Translations under genes and position numbers: made by a program
From: Felis catus
Lineage: Eukaryota
Length of the DNA: 64,000 bases
Reading direction: 5' to 3'
NCBI RefSeq assembly: GCF_018350175.1
Contig: NC_058368.1
Span: forward strand, 103,728,001 to 103,792,000
Shown: positions 27,438-38,607 of the stretch, in pieces
Numbering within the stretch: position 1 is the first letter of the stretch
How the letters are laid out: every line of letters starts with the position of its first letter
Notes under the pieces: model-generated
Told to the model about the DNA's origin: nothing
Databases searched by the model: none
Seen by the model: the letters and a program-made list of their open reading frames with translations, nothing else

Positions 27438-27604
27438 TGCCTGGGAGGCTTAGTCGGTAAAGCTGCAGACTTTGGCTCAGGTCATGATCTCGGGGCTCAT
27501 GAGGGGCTCTCTGATGTCAGCACCAAGCCCGCTTTGGATCCTCTGTACCCCCCTGTCTCTCTGCCCCTCCTTTGCTCATGCATGCACATGAATGTGCATG
27601 AGAG

Positions 27605-27635
<31 letters not shown>

Positions 27636-27659
27636 AAAAATAAATATTAAAAAATAATA
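27438..27659 (+). mobile_element. Can-SINE (older, slightly 5'-truncated)
   Basis: tgcctgggaggcttagtcggtaaag...ggctcaggtcatgatctc, (CT)n, tail. Confidence 0.88.
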
Positions 27660-27676
27660 AAAGAGAGCCTGCCCTT

Positions 27677-27842
27677 CTCAGGTCATGATCTCATGGTTCA
27701 TGGGTTCAAGCCCCACGTCGGGCTCTGTGCTGATAGCTCGGAGCCTGGAGCCTGCTTTGGATTCTCTGTCTCCCTCTCTCTCTGTCCCTCCCAGACTCAT
27801 GTTCTATTTCTGTCTCAAAAATAAATGAACATAAAAAAAATT
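27677..27842 (+). mobile_element. 5'-truncated Can-SINE
   Basis: Starts ctcaggtcatg; perfect TSD aaagagagcctgccctt at 27660-27676 and 27843-27859. Confidence 0.92.
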
Positions 27843-29047
27843 AAAGAGAGCCTGCCCTTGCTAGCCAGAGCATGGAGAGGAAGGCACCCCTTAGGACAGA
27901 CCCTTTGGACCAAACCTCCCCTGCTGCAGGCAAACACCGCAGAAGAAACTGCCTGTCTCTCTCCTCATCAGGCATTGGCAGTGTCTGTGGAGCAGAGCCT
28001 GTCACATCCCCACACTGCACCAATGAACAAGAGGCTGCAGTGTCCCTCCTCCTGCCCACCTCTCCCCGGGTGCTGTGGATACTACGGCGTAGAATCCTGT
28101 CAACAAACCCCACTATGCAGTACCTACAGAAGAGGCCGAGCCCTGTCCCCTACCTCATCCAACAGCCCATCTTGCTCTACATGAATATAAACAGGAACCA
28201 TGTCTACAGTCCTTGCTGTGCAACAAGGAAAGATCAGCCAAGGGGAGGCACTCCACCTTCTCCCCGTCAGACTAGGGAGATCAGGAGATCAGAATGAGCA
28301 GAACAGTGAGCTGGGTACACAGATTCTTCTATCTCAGCATAAACTCAGTCACACCCCCAACCAACCCATGGGTGAAACTGACTAGCAGCAATACAGCAAA
28401 AGCTTTGAAAAGTGAACTGCGGTATGGAATACCACTCAAGTTTCAAACCGGCCTCAGCAGCACACGAGCAGGGTAAGCAAAATCACCGAGCAAAAGTTTA
28501 AAAACTAAACTGACGTTGGAACTATGACCCACCTACAAAAGTAGGTCACGCTTCCTGAACCTAAACAGGTCTGTTGCCTGGTACAATAGAATATTTAAGT
28601 AGCACACAGAGTATCATAACCTAATACTTTAAAAGTCCAGAACGCAATCCAAAATTATGTGTCAGACCAAGAACCAATAAATCCTCAACTCAAATGACAA
28701 CCGATAATCATCAGATGCCAATATTGAGATAATCCAAATGCTGGAATAATCTGACAAGAATTTTAAAGGCATTATCATAAAAATGCTCCATCAAGAAATT
28801 ACACTCTTGAAACAAATGGAAAAATAGGAAGCTCCAGCAAAGAAATGGAAGATATGGCTAAGAATCAAATAAAAATTTTAGAACTAAAAATATACTAACT
28901 GAAGTTGAAAACCTCCCTGGATGGGCTCAGGAGCAGAATGGAAATAAACAGAGGGGGCAGAAATCAATAAACATAAAGAAAGATCAATAGAAATTATGTA
29001 ATCTGAATAAGGAGAAAATAGACTAAAAATATAAAGTACAGAGTCTC

Positions 29048-29270
29048 GGGGCGCCTGGATGGCTCAGTTGATTAAGATTCCGACTTCGGCTCAGGTCATG
29101 ACCTCACGGGTTCGTGGTTCGAGCCCAATGTCGGGTTCCGTGCTAACAGCTCAGAGCCTGGAGCCTGCTTCTGGTTCTGTGTCTCCCTCTCTCTCTGCCC
29201 TGCTGGCTCACACTCTGTCTCTCTCTCTCTCTCAAAAATAAACAAACTGAAAAAAAATTTTAATAAAATA
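29048..29270 (+). mobile_element. Can-SINE (felid type)
   Basis: Near-TSD ataaagtacagag(t/c)ctc on both sides. Confidence 0.93.
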
Positions 29271-29388
29271 AAATAAAGTACAGAGCCTCGTGAAGAGTGG
29301 GGCAATAATAAAAGATCTATCATTTGTGTCACTGAGGTCCCAGAAAGAAATAAGGAAGAGGCTGGGACTAAAAAAAATATATATATAT

Positions 29389-29574
29389 TGGGGCGCCTGG
29401 GTGGCGCAGTCGGTTAAGCGTCCGACTTCAGCCAGGTCACGATCTTGCGGTCCGTGAGTTCCAGCCCCGCGTCAGGCTCTGGGCTGATGGCTCGGAGCCT
29501 GGAGCCTGATTCCGATTCTGTGTCTCCCTCTCTCTCTGCCCCTCCCCCGTTCATGCTCTGTCTCTCTCTGTCCC

Positions 29575-29605
<31 letters not shown>

Positions 29606-29615
29606 CGTTGAAAAA
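29389..29615 (+). mobile_element. Young SINEC_Fc-type Can-SINE
   Basis: ggggcgcctgggtggcgcagtcggttaagcgtccgacttcagccaggtcacg; CpGs largely intact; long A-run. Confidence 0.95.
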
Positions 29616-29967
29616 AAATATTTTAAAAACCTAGTGGCTGAAATATTCGCAAATTTGAAAAATGACATAAATCTACAAAAAAAAAAAGAACAATAGTAAA
29701 TAGGATAAATGCAAAGAAATACATCCTCTGATATATCATAGCCAAAATTCGCAAAACTAAAAAATTAAAGAGAAAAAAATGTAAAAGCAGCAAGAGAGAA
29801 ACAGTATGTTACCTATGAGGAAGCAACAATTCAAACCCCCCCCAAATATTTCTAACCAGAAGCAACGGAAGATAAAAAGAAGTCACCCAACATTTTTGAA
29901 GCGCTGAAGTAAAAGGACTATCAACCCAGAATCCTACATCCAGTGAAAATATACAGTGAGTTTCACA

Positions 29968-30030
29968 AGAAGAAGGAGGAGAAGGAGGAGGAGGTAGAGG
30001 AGGGGGAGGAAGAGGAGAAGGAGAAAAGAA
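29968..30030. repeat. GA-rich low-complexity tract
   Basis: Directly visible. Confidence 0.85.
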
Positions 30031-30957
30031 ACGGGAAAAAATAATATATTTGGCTTTCCTTGAAAAGTCTGAATACCTGGCATTCAGGGCCCGAATTCTC
30101 ACAGTGCAAAACAATGGTCTTAAGGCAGAGAGAACTGCTTCCTTCAGATGCGACATGCATTCTCTATACTCCCTGTTTACCAGAACATCCATCTGTAGCC
30201 TCTTACCCTGGGTATTTTTTAACCATTTATTCTACTTGTCTGGCTGTTGCAGGCATTAGGTTTATGAAATCCAGACTATTAGCTCTAAAGTTTTCTAGAC
30301 ACTCTATTAAAAACTATATATCCCCAAAAGGAACCCACATAAATGATGTTGCATTTACATTCAAAGGTCATCAACCCATATAATCCTAAGATTGTCCAGA
30401 CTCCACTTTCAGAGCCCTGATTTCAACCAGCTAGTGTAAAATTCTATTTGCATACATACTGACATTACTGATTAGTCATCCTTTTTCCGTGTTAGTGTTA
30501 CTTGGAAATGCCTCTTATATTGTCATATGTCTTTGCTGCATTATTCACGAATATTCAATTCTGCTATAGAGAATAAGACAAATAAATAAGGAAGAGAAAT
30601 GAAACTGAATATAAAAGCAAGTACCTTGTAAAACACATTACATGTAGACAAAACGGGGGAGTCCATATAGGAAGAAGTAAGAAGGACCAAGTAGCTACCT
30701 AAATATTCATGAGGGACCCAGGAGTGTCTGGCACATAATTCACAGAATGAATGAATGAGAGAATAAATGAATGAACACAAGGCTCAGCCTCTCCATTACA
30801 TTATACCTCTCCTTCTACCTCTAACATATTACTATTTTTTCCTTATTCATTAGTGCATCTCTACTAGATAATAAATTTATTGGAGATAAGAGCCATAAAT
30901 TATGTTGTGCACATGGCAGAAGTTAATAAGTATCTGAAAGCGATGTCACACATAAAG

Positions 30958-31147
30958 CAGTGATTCTCAGACTCAAGGGTACATGACAGTCACCTTGGAA
31001 ACTTGTTTAAAATGCAGATATCTAGAAGCCACTCCCAGAAGTTTTGATTCAGTACTTTACAGATGCGATATAAAAATGTACATTTTTACCCAAACTCCCA
31101 CTACTCTTGATGAAGGGTCTCCATCCACAACATACCGAAAACTACTG
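30958..31147 (+). mobile_element. MER5A-like (hAT-Charlie) DNA transposon
   Basis: cagtgattctc...cttgtttaaaatgcagat...tgattcagta...gaaaactactg with terminal inverted ends. Confidence 0.7.
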
Positions 31148-32724
31148 AATAGGGAATGTGGAAAGGCTAGGGTAAGTGGTTATCTTTACTTCCTTTCTTA
31201 TTAGGAATATTATAAAATAGATTAACATAAACATCGATGCAACCTGAAAGACACTGAAGGTAAGATGGACTTAGCTCCTTCACCTGAGGTGCTGTGATTT
31301 GGGAGATGCAGATATGGGGACAGAGAATTTACTGCTTCTATATATGAGAGGGAGAGAGACCAACACAGAGAAAGAGTGTAAGGGTATTTTTCTCCTTTTT
31401 CTTATATTTTCACCAGCTGGCAAAGCCACTGCCTTCTGCAAACCAGCTGCCTCTTTATTTGTCGTTGCCCATGCAATGAAGAAGGGTAGGGGCAAGACCT
31501 ATGGCTTAGTTCTTGATGGAACTGCCCCATTTTGCCATCCCAAGGGTTGAGCGGTTCTGGTTCTTGTTTGATTTCATAATATTCCTTCTTTCAACAAGCA
31601 GTTACTGCAGACCTAATTAAATTTAACAGCCAATGTGAAATTTTAAATTAATATTTCAATTTTTTAAATTTAACTGTGACCTTTAGACAGCTGCAGATTG
31701 AGGATGCACATAAAGACCGCTCAGAGATTTTTAAGTTGGAGGCTCGAAAAAGCAAGACTTTTCAAGTTGAGCAATTCCTTTACATGTGGGCTCACAGTAG
31801 TTGAAATAAGTAGCCTGTTGGATTTTCTTCACTTTTGCTTAACCGTATGAAAATTTTGCACCAGGCTTTTCAACCCTGCGACCATGTAACAATGACTTCA
31901 AATTCACTTATATATTCTAATCCCCAACTTTCTCAAAAATTGCCAATCTAAATGCTCAAGCTTTAATTTCCAGGACACGTAATGGCCACTTTAGAATTTG
32001 GGATAATATATGTAATAATGAAATGTATCTATCAATTAGGAAGAACTCTTTTACATACCTGGAAATTGCTTATTTACTGTTGTGTTAAATCTGCATGAAG
32101 TTGGATTAGAATTCCAAGCTTTCTTGGGTCGTTGAAATTCAAAAGAAATCCACAACTAATCAAAAGTACCATAAACATTTGTATGCTAAGTAAAGGCAAT
32201 TGTCTTCTTGGACAAGGTCTTGTTTTTCTCAATTCAAAATAGCAGTTTGCAAAGAAACAAACAGCTAACCTAATGATAAAACAGACGGAGCATTTACTGC
32301 CTCCTTACCTGACACAATACAACCAAGGAAATAATAGCTGAATTCAGTACTAAGGCTCATTAATATATCAATAAAAATATATAACAGGTATAATTCTCTA
32401 TTAACCGGCTGGACTTTACTTAATTGAATAACATAGGTGATGACTTCAACATTTTGATTTTCCATCCAATAAGAGAGTATGCAAAAAGAAAGACAGGTAA
32501 ATATTGTAGTATCATTTAACAGAGTACTGAGCCAGACCCAGGAGGCTATACAAAAAATAAATAAATAAACAACTGATCTAATATAATATATCTGGGGCAA
32601 TAATGGGTAATGCAAGGGAAACAAGCCACCACCAGGAAATATTAACCTCCTACCTTATAGGAATCATTCAAAGACAATTACACGCAGACTAACATAACTC
32701 GTTTAGGGTTTAGTCAATGTTTTT

Positions 32725-32960
32725 TTTGTTTTTTTGTTTTTAATTTTTTTTTCAACGTTTATTTATTTTTTTGGGGGGACAGAGAGAGACAGAGCATGAA
32801 CAGGGGAGGGTCAGAGAGAGAGGGAGACACAGAATCAGAAACAGGCTCCAGGCTCTGAGCCATCAGCCCAGAGCCTGACGTGGGGCTGGAACTCACGGAC
32901 CGCGAGATCGTGACCTGGCTGAAGTCGGACGCTTAACCAACTGCGCCACCCAGGCGCCCC
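32725..32960 (-). mobile_element. Young SINEC_Fc-type Can-SINE
   Basis: Perfect TSD tagtcaatgttttt at 32711-32724 and 32961-32974. Confidence 0.96.
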
Positions 32961-33004
32961 TAGTCAATGTTTTTACCTTGATTTCATACTACTTTTCTTC
33001 TTTT

Positions 33005-33262
33005 ATATTTTATTTATTTAGTTAGTTATTTAGTTAGTTAGTTAGTTAGTTTAGTTTAGAGAGAGAGAGAGTATGCGAGAGGGAGCGAGGGGCTGAAGGA
33101 GAGAGAGAGAGACAGAAAGAAAGACAGACAGAGAGAGAATCTTAAGCAGGCTCCAGGCTCAGTGCACAGCCCAATGTGGGACTCAACCCCACGACCCTGG
33201 GCTCATTGCCTGAGCCAAAATCAAGACTCAGATGCTCAAGTGAATGAGCCACCCAGGCACGG
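33005..33262 (-). mobile_element. Can-SINE with (TTAG)n-decayed tail
   Basis: gagagaatcttaagcaggctcc...tgagccacccaggcac. Confidence 0.88.
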
Positions 33263-33937
33263 CCTTCTTTTATATTTAGATAAAAGCTAGGAAAATAAAA
33301 GTAAGTTTCTTTCGAGTTTGCTATTAATTTATGACATGAGAAGCATTTTCCTGATTTCACTACTAATGACCTAATGAACTTAGTATTTTCCTCATTGTAT
33401 AAGAGTTTTATCCTATGAGAAGGGGTATTTGTTTTTTCAAATGTCTAAAGGCCATAATTCAGAATCTTTGTTAAAGGATTATTTACTTGGCAAGACACAT
33501 TCAGATTATTTTATATTAAAAGAATTTATGTATAACCTTTCAGTCACCTGAGACCTCTCTGACTCTGAGATTGGGTAACATCTGACCATTACTTTAATAT
33601 CTCTTTTGTAAAAGTGTTGTTCTACAGAATGAAATAAAGAGCCTAAACAGAAGACTGGATATTATATGATCCTCATCTAGAGAAAGTTAGTCCTGTTATA
33701 GAAAAGACTCCAGAAAAATACATTTTAGTGTCCTCACCAAAACAGCTGGCCACCGCATTATCCTACAGTGAAGCACACCCAACCAGACCCATGGGACTTT
33801 TAGTCTTTCCAGATTAAGAATTCATAGAAAAGTTACTACACATATGAAGGAAACTCCCTCATGAAAGTAAGCAAAATAACAGACCAAAAGAACTAACACA
33901 AAACAGACAAGGTAGGAAGTGATAAAGTTCAATCATA

Positions 33938-34334
33938 TATCAAGACCCACAGTGTGGAGGCTGCTCCAGTGGCCCAGCCCACATCACAAAATCTATACTT
34001 AAATCAGGCTGCACTTATGGGAAAAACCTGTCAAGGAAACCTAACATACACCAAGCGCAGTCGTCCAACTCAGCTTTTGCTAGCTTACCTTATCCTGGAA
34101 AATAAGACACGCTAGGCTTGTCAGGGAAGGCTTGATCTCCTGGCCAATCAGCTCCTGTTTCTACATTGCCTCTTCTAATATTCTGTAAAATTCACCCCAA
34201 AACTTAGCCCAAATCTCTTGGGAATAGTGTCCCACTGCTTGTGAGGCACCGCAGTCCTCCAATCCATGGACTATTTTCCCTCAAATAAAGGGCATCAACT
34301 TCTTTACGAAATTGCTTTAGTTTTGTCATTGTCA
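33938..34334 (+). mobile_element. 5' LTR of an ERV1-class provirus
   Basis: CCAAT at 34144, AATAAA at 34284-34289, ends ...tgtCA, followed by a PBS. Confidence 0.7.
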
Positions 34335-34338
34335 GTTT

Positions 34339-34356
34339 TGGCAGCCCAAATGGGTC
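34339..34356 (+). other. Primer-binding site, most like tRNA-Arg(CCG)
   Basis: tggcagcccaaatgggtc vs recalled Arg PBS tggcgacccagatgggac (14/18), 4 nt after the LTR end. Confidence 0.5.
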
Positions 34357-34894
34357 CGAAAGACAGCTGCTGAAGATTCCAGGGATGGCTCCTAAAAGGG
34401 TGAAAGTACCCAAAGAGCCCTGTTGGTTGGCTGCCTCTTCTGGTACTCTCCCAGACCTCTGGTAAGCTTCTCTCAGATGGAGCTCAGCTTATTTTGCGTT
34501 CTTCAAGTTTGCTGGTCCTGATGCTTCTGGGTGCAAAATTGGGATGTGAGTGACTCCAGATTTTCCTGGATGAAACTTACTGGGTGACAGCATGTGGATT
34601 TGTGGTAGACCTCATCTACAAAGCAAGCACCTTTGGGCAATCCTGACAGGCCTCAGGAGCTGTGTGCAGGCAACCAGAAACAGTAAGACTAACTGAATTA
34701 GGGAACATTATTTCAACAAGGGAAAATAATGGGTACCACTTAATCTAAGAAAACAAGGGGACTTGTGGGGAAATAGGTTCTACTTCCATAAATGGGTTAG
34801 AGAAAAGCTTAGGACAGAAAGCTGTCACCATGGGGTGAAAACACCAGAGGTTAGCTAGTGAAATATTGCAATGGACTCACGAGTAACTTGTTAG

Positions 34895-35300
34895 ATGTGA
34901 CAGAAGGCAACGTGAAGCCAATGTAATTAGAAAAAAAGCCAATGTGGGGAGCCTTGGTGGTTCAGTTGGTTAAGCGTCTGACTTCAGCTCAGGTCATGAT
35001 CTCACATTTCATGAGTTTGAGCCTCGCATCGGGATCTGTGTTGACAACCCAGAGCCTGGAGCCTGCTTCAGATTCTGTGTGTGTGTCTCTCTCTGCCACA
35101 CCCCCATTCATCCTCTGTCTCTGTCTCTCCAAAAATAAATAAATGTTAAAAAAAAGTTTTTTTTAAAAAGAAGAAAACCCAATGTGACTAGGAGGACAAC
35201 GTGACTGACGGGGACATGATCAGAAGGCGACATGGCTAAGAAGGTGATATGGCTAGAAGCCAACATGACTAGAAGCCAACATGGCTAATAAGCCCACATA
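34895..35300 (+). repeat. Degenerate ~16-17-bp minisatellite in the ERV2 leader (split by a SINE)
   Basis: ctagaagccaacatg exact at 35253-35267 and 35269-35283, with variant units around. Confidence 0.75.
34946..35165 (+). mobile_element. Can-SINE inserted in the ERV2 leader
   Basis: Consensus body; flanked by aaa(g/c)ccaatgtg near-TSD. Confidence 0.92.
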
Positions 35301-35443
35301 ACTCAAGGACTGCAGAACACCGTGGAATGGCTAGAGCTCTAAAAGAGAAAAAGTGCATTTGACTACAATCTCTCCTGATGAGGTTAAGAGAAAAGTGAAA
35401 CTGTATTAGGATTTGCTGCCACAGAACTTTTGAGAGAATCATT

Positions 35444-35700
35444 ATAGGAGACTCCCTATCCCTAGAATAGAAACAATACATCTGTATAGCCCTCCTTAAA
35501 TTATTAATGATTATCCAGCAACACTTCCCTTGGTTTCTCAAGCAAAGAACATTTGACATAGACATTCGGGAACAAATAGGTAAAACAGTAAAAGCATGCC
35601 ATACAGAAGGCACCAGTGTTCCACCTGAGGTTATTCTTACATGGTCTACTGTCCATACGACCATTCTCCCTCTGACTGTAGACCATGTTTATGAAGATAC
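35444..35700 (+). pseudogene. gag: Betaretroviral Gag matrix remnant
   Basis: (M>I)GDSLS...IIQQHFPWFLKQRTFDIDIREQIGKTVK...VPPEVILTWSTV resembles HERV-K/MMTV-type MA (PWFPEQGTLDL..W..IG..LK). Confidence 0.75.
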
Positions 35701-35870
35701 AGTCCCACCCAAAGTAAACAAAAATTTTCCAAAAAACTAAGCCTCCTTATTTTCAGCCTGCCCCATTCGGCACCCCACATCCAGAGAACGCTAACTCCCT
35801 CCTTTGTCATTGGGAAAAATCTAACCTTTTAAAGGAACAAAAGATTCCTTCTGAGGGCATCTTCACCCCA

Positions 35871-36072
35871 ATGCAAAAACCTATTAAGAATGCCCTTACA
35901 GTGTTTACGGACTCCTTGGGGGAAAACTCACAAGGCTTCTTGCCTTTGGAAAACTGGAAAAAAACTGGGAACATTTACTATACACTGGACTGGGCTCTAC
36001 CCAACATTCAGAACTGCAAGCCATATTATTACCTATAGAAACATTTTCCCAACCTTTAAACATTGTCTCAGA
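35871..36072 (+). pseudogene. pol: Betaretroviral pol RNase H remnant
   Basis: My translation: KPIKNALTVFTDS...GSTQHSELQAILLPIETFSQPLNIVS. Confidence 0.8.
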
Positions 36073-37091
36073 GATGTCAAGGAGCAAAGACCACCCACTT
36101 ATAATTTCCCCACCAGTGTTCCAGGTAAAAATTAACTTTGGGGAACAAATTGTCTTAAGTGGACCCAAAAGTAAGTTTGTTGGTTTGAAATAGACCTGTT
36201 TATCAAAGGTCAAATAAGCTCATGTTATGACTTAAGGTAATGGTTAACTTTGTCTCATGGTTTTCATGGGTAATTGTTAAGATAACCCTCAAAGTCTTTA
36301 GTAACCTACAAAGTTTTGCTTGCATGATAAATTGGGAGTTCTTTGGACATATAGGCCTTTTCTAAATAGGACGGTATGCTAAAGCGTTGATTACTTAACA
36401 AGGCTTATCTGCTTTTGGCTTCTTATTGCAGAGAAACTAAGGATATTTGGGTCCGAGGGTAAACATGCTTTGTGCTTTATAACTTCCGGAATTGTTTTTT
36501 TTAACAAATCTCCAAAGATTTAAATTAAGTCATTTTAACCAATTAGGCTTCTTTGGTATGTTAAGTTACTCTGGAAGCACTGCCAAACAAATAATAAGCC
36601 TTAGGTTACATTTGAGTAAGTGCTATAACTATTCTAGAGACTATATGCAATTCCTAGTTCTAATATTTTTTATATAAGGTGATCACTGGATATTCTGATT
36701 ATTGAAGTATTATGTGCCACAGAAATAACTCAATTTCCTTGTCAGTGGTACTAGATCTTTTAATAATGCCCATTTTTTAATCTTTTTGTCATAGTTTTGC
36801 GACTCTTGTTGAACCGCTATAACTTCCAGTAGACAGATGATCCTTTCTCCTCAAGGAGGCTCTGTTTCCCCTGAACTCTGTCTTTCCCTTTCATAACTCC
36901 CCTATACCTACCCCAATTGAGCAACGTTGACCCACAGGTAAGGACATCTCTATGCCCCTATTTGGCAGGAAGAAGTTACAGAAGAGAAGATCATCCACCC
37001 TCAGCAACCTTAGAGATTTTAAGGGTCAAAACTGTTCAAGGGGGATGATGTGGGAAACAAAGGCAGAAGGAAATGGCAGATAAAGTTAAAT

Positions 37092-37420
37092 TTCCTTATA
37101 ACCCACAAGGCCAAGCAATTGTAGAACAAGCACATAATAAACTTAAAACTATGTTCAAAAAACAAAAAAAGGGGAATTACCCATGGCTGTCTACATTACA
37201 ACCTCAACTTCTCCTCGATCACGCTATGATCATTCTTAAGTTTTTAAATCTTGACCCTCCAGGACTAACCGCAGCTGAGCTACATTCTAAATTAGATGAA
37301 CCCTCTCATCCTATGGTTCTTGCCCAAACTTCTCACCAGGGGTCAAGGATATGCTTGTGTTCTTTCAGATTCCAGACCTCTGTGGATTCCCTCTCAGTTG
37401 GTGAAACCATATCATGGCAT
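37092..37420 (+). pseudogene. pol: Betaretroviral integrase core/C-terminal remnant
   Basis: PYNPQGQAIVEQAHNKLK...LKFLN...TAAELH and LLTRGQGYACV...PLWIP. Confidence 0.88.
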
Positions 37421-37439
37421 GGTGGAGACCCCCAGAATA

Positions 37440-38155
37440 TCTTCCAATCAACCAGGACTTCCAGAGAATGACTCTGAATGAGCGACCACTACTCCCATTT
37501 TTCAAGATGGAAGAATCTTCTTCATGTCCTCCTCATCCTGAAGCCACTGCACAAACACAAGTTTTTGGCCCTGATATAACATGGGGAAGCCTTAAACACC
37601 TGCCTAACCAGGCCAGAGTCCTCTTACACCACAATGGTATTGCATGTACCCCTGATTTGCATCTGATGGCCATGCTGTCCATCACTGGTAGTCATTAACC
37701 AGGCACAGGTGATTCATAGGCCTCTTAATCATAGGGATCCTAGCCACGGTAAGCATTATAGCTTCTGCTACCATTGATGAAATTAGTCGTCACCACACTA
37801 TCAAACTGCACATGTGCTTTATCAACTTATGGTCAAATCCTCCATTCTAAGCTGCCCTGTGATAGAAAATTTAGATGTAACATGACACCAACAACTACAA
37901 TACTCCAAACAACTAAGACACAAATGGGCTGACTCATGGTCCTTTTGCAAAGACTTTAACCCTTTCCCTATTGGCTAATGCCCATCTCAAATTCTGGATA
38001 ACTCTGGGAAGTGGAATACTTTTATGGTGTCTCTTTTTATGCCTTTGCAGAATCAGCCTCCAAACCACCCGACAGCAAAAGAAGGATCAGAAGCTTGTCA
38101 TGATGGTCCCCACGTGTAAACTTAAGAAGATCAAGAAAAACAAAAAAGGAGGAAC
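37440..38155 (+). pseudogene. env: Betaretroviral env remnant (signal peptide, furin site, fusion peptide, TM anchor; SU almost entirely deleted)
   Basis: TWGSLKHL.NQA..LL...TPD..LMAML; R-H-R-(R>stop) at 37701-37712, then FIGLLIIGILATVSIIASAT; hydrophobic WITLGSGILLWCLFLCLCR before the PPT. Confidence 0.75.
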
Positions 38156-38607
38156 TGTGGCAAAATAGGTTCAACTTACATAAATGGGTTAGAAAAAACT
38201 TGGGGGGGGGAGAGGGAGAAGCCGCCACCATGGGGCAAAAACACCCAAGGTTAGCTACCAAGATATAATAATGGAATCATGAGTAACTTGTGATATCACC
38301 TGCGGGTAGTTACTTTCCATCTGGTACCAATGGAGCTTGATCACAAATTCCACTTGTTCCCCAGGCCCTTTGCTTCTTACACACACAAGTTAATGATTAC
38401 TGTCTGATTGTTTTCTCCATGTTCACGTGTGTAAGATCTTGTTTTCTTCATGTTCACCATATGGGTAATATCTTGTGAGCTCAATATGGAGAAGAAACCC
38501 CTGTTTAGGGCTCTTGGCTACTCCTGGACACTAGCCTCTCTCATACTCAGTTCTGCATCCACTCTGTTGCCGGACAAGAGAGAACTCCAGACTCATAGTC
38601 TGCGACA
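38156..38607 (+). mobile_element. 3' LTR of the ERV2 provirus
   Basis: Follows the PPT, starts tgtggc, ends tgcgaCA at the TSD; first ~135 bp align to 34764-34891. Confidence 0.88.

Larger units (their letters stand above)
27160..29960 (+). mobile_element. Old L1 5'UTR + ORF1 remnant interrupted by four SINEs
   Basis: caagatggagtaaac 5' end; ORF1-like ctggaataatctgacaagaattttaaa, gtcccagaaagaa, tatcaacccagaatcctacatccagtgaaaatat. Confidence 0.75.
34764..38607 (+). mobile_element. Betaretrovirus-like (ERV2/ERVK-class) deleted provirus
   Basis: 6-bp TSD gggact at 34758-34763 and 38608-38613; related LTR starts at 34764 and 38156; TG...CA ends; PPT at 38136-38155; gag, RNase H, IN and env remnants in order. 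Confidence 0.88.

Noticed and set aside
27825..28476. Several 60-141-aa ORFs
   Set aside because: Inside an old L1 5'UTR.
35180..35300. Short repeats resembling a CRISPR array
   Set aside because: Tandem units without unique spacers, in a mammalian ERV leader.
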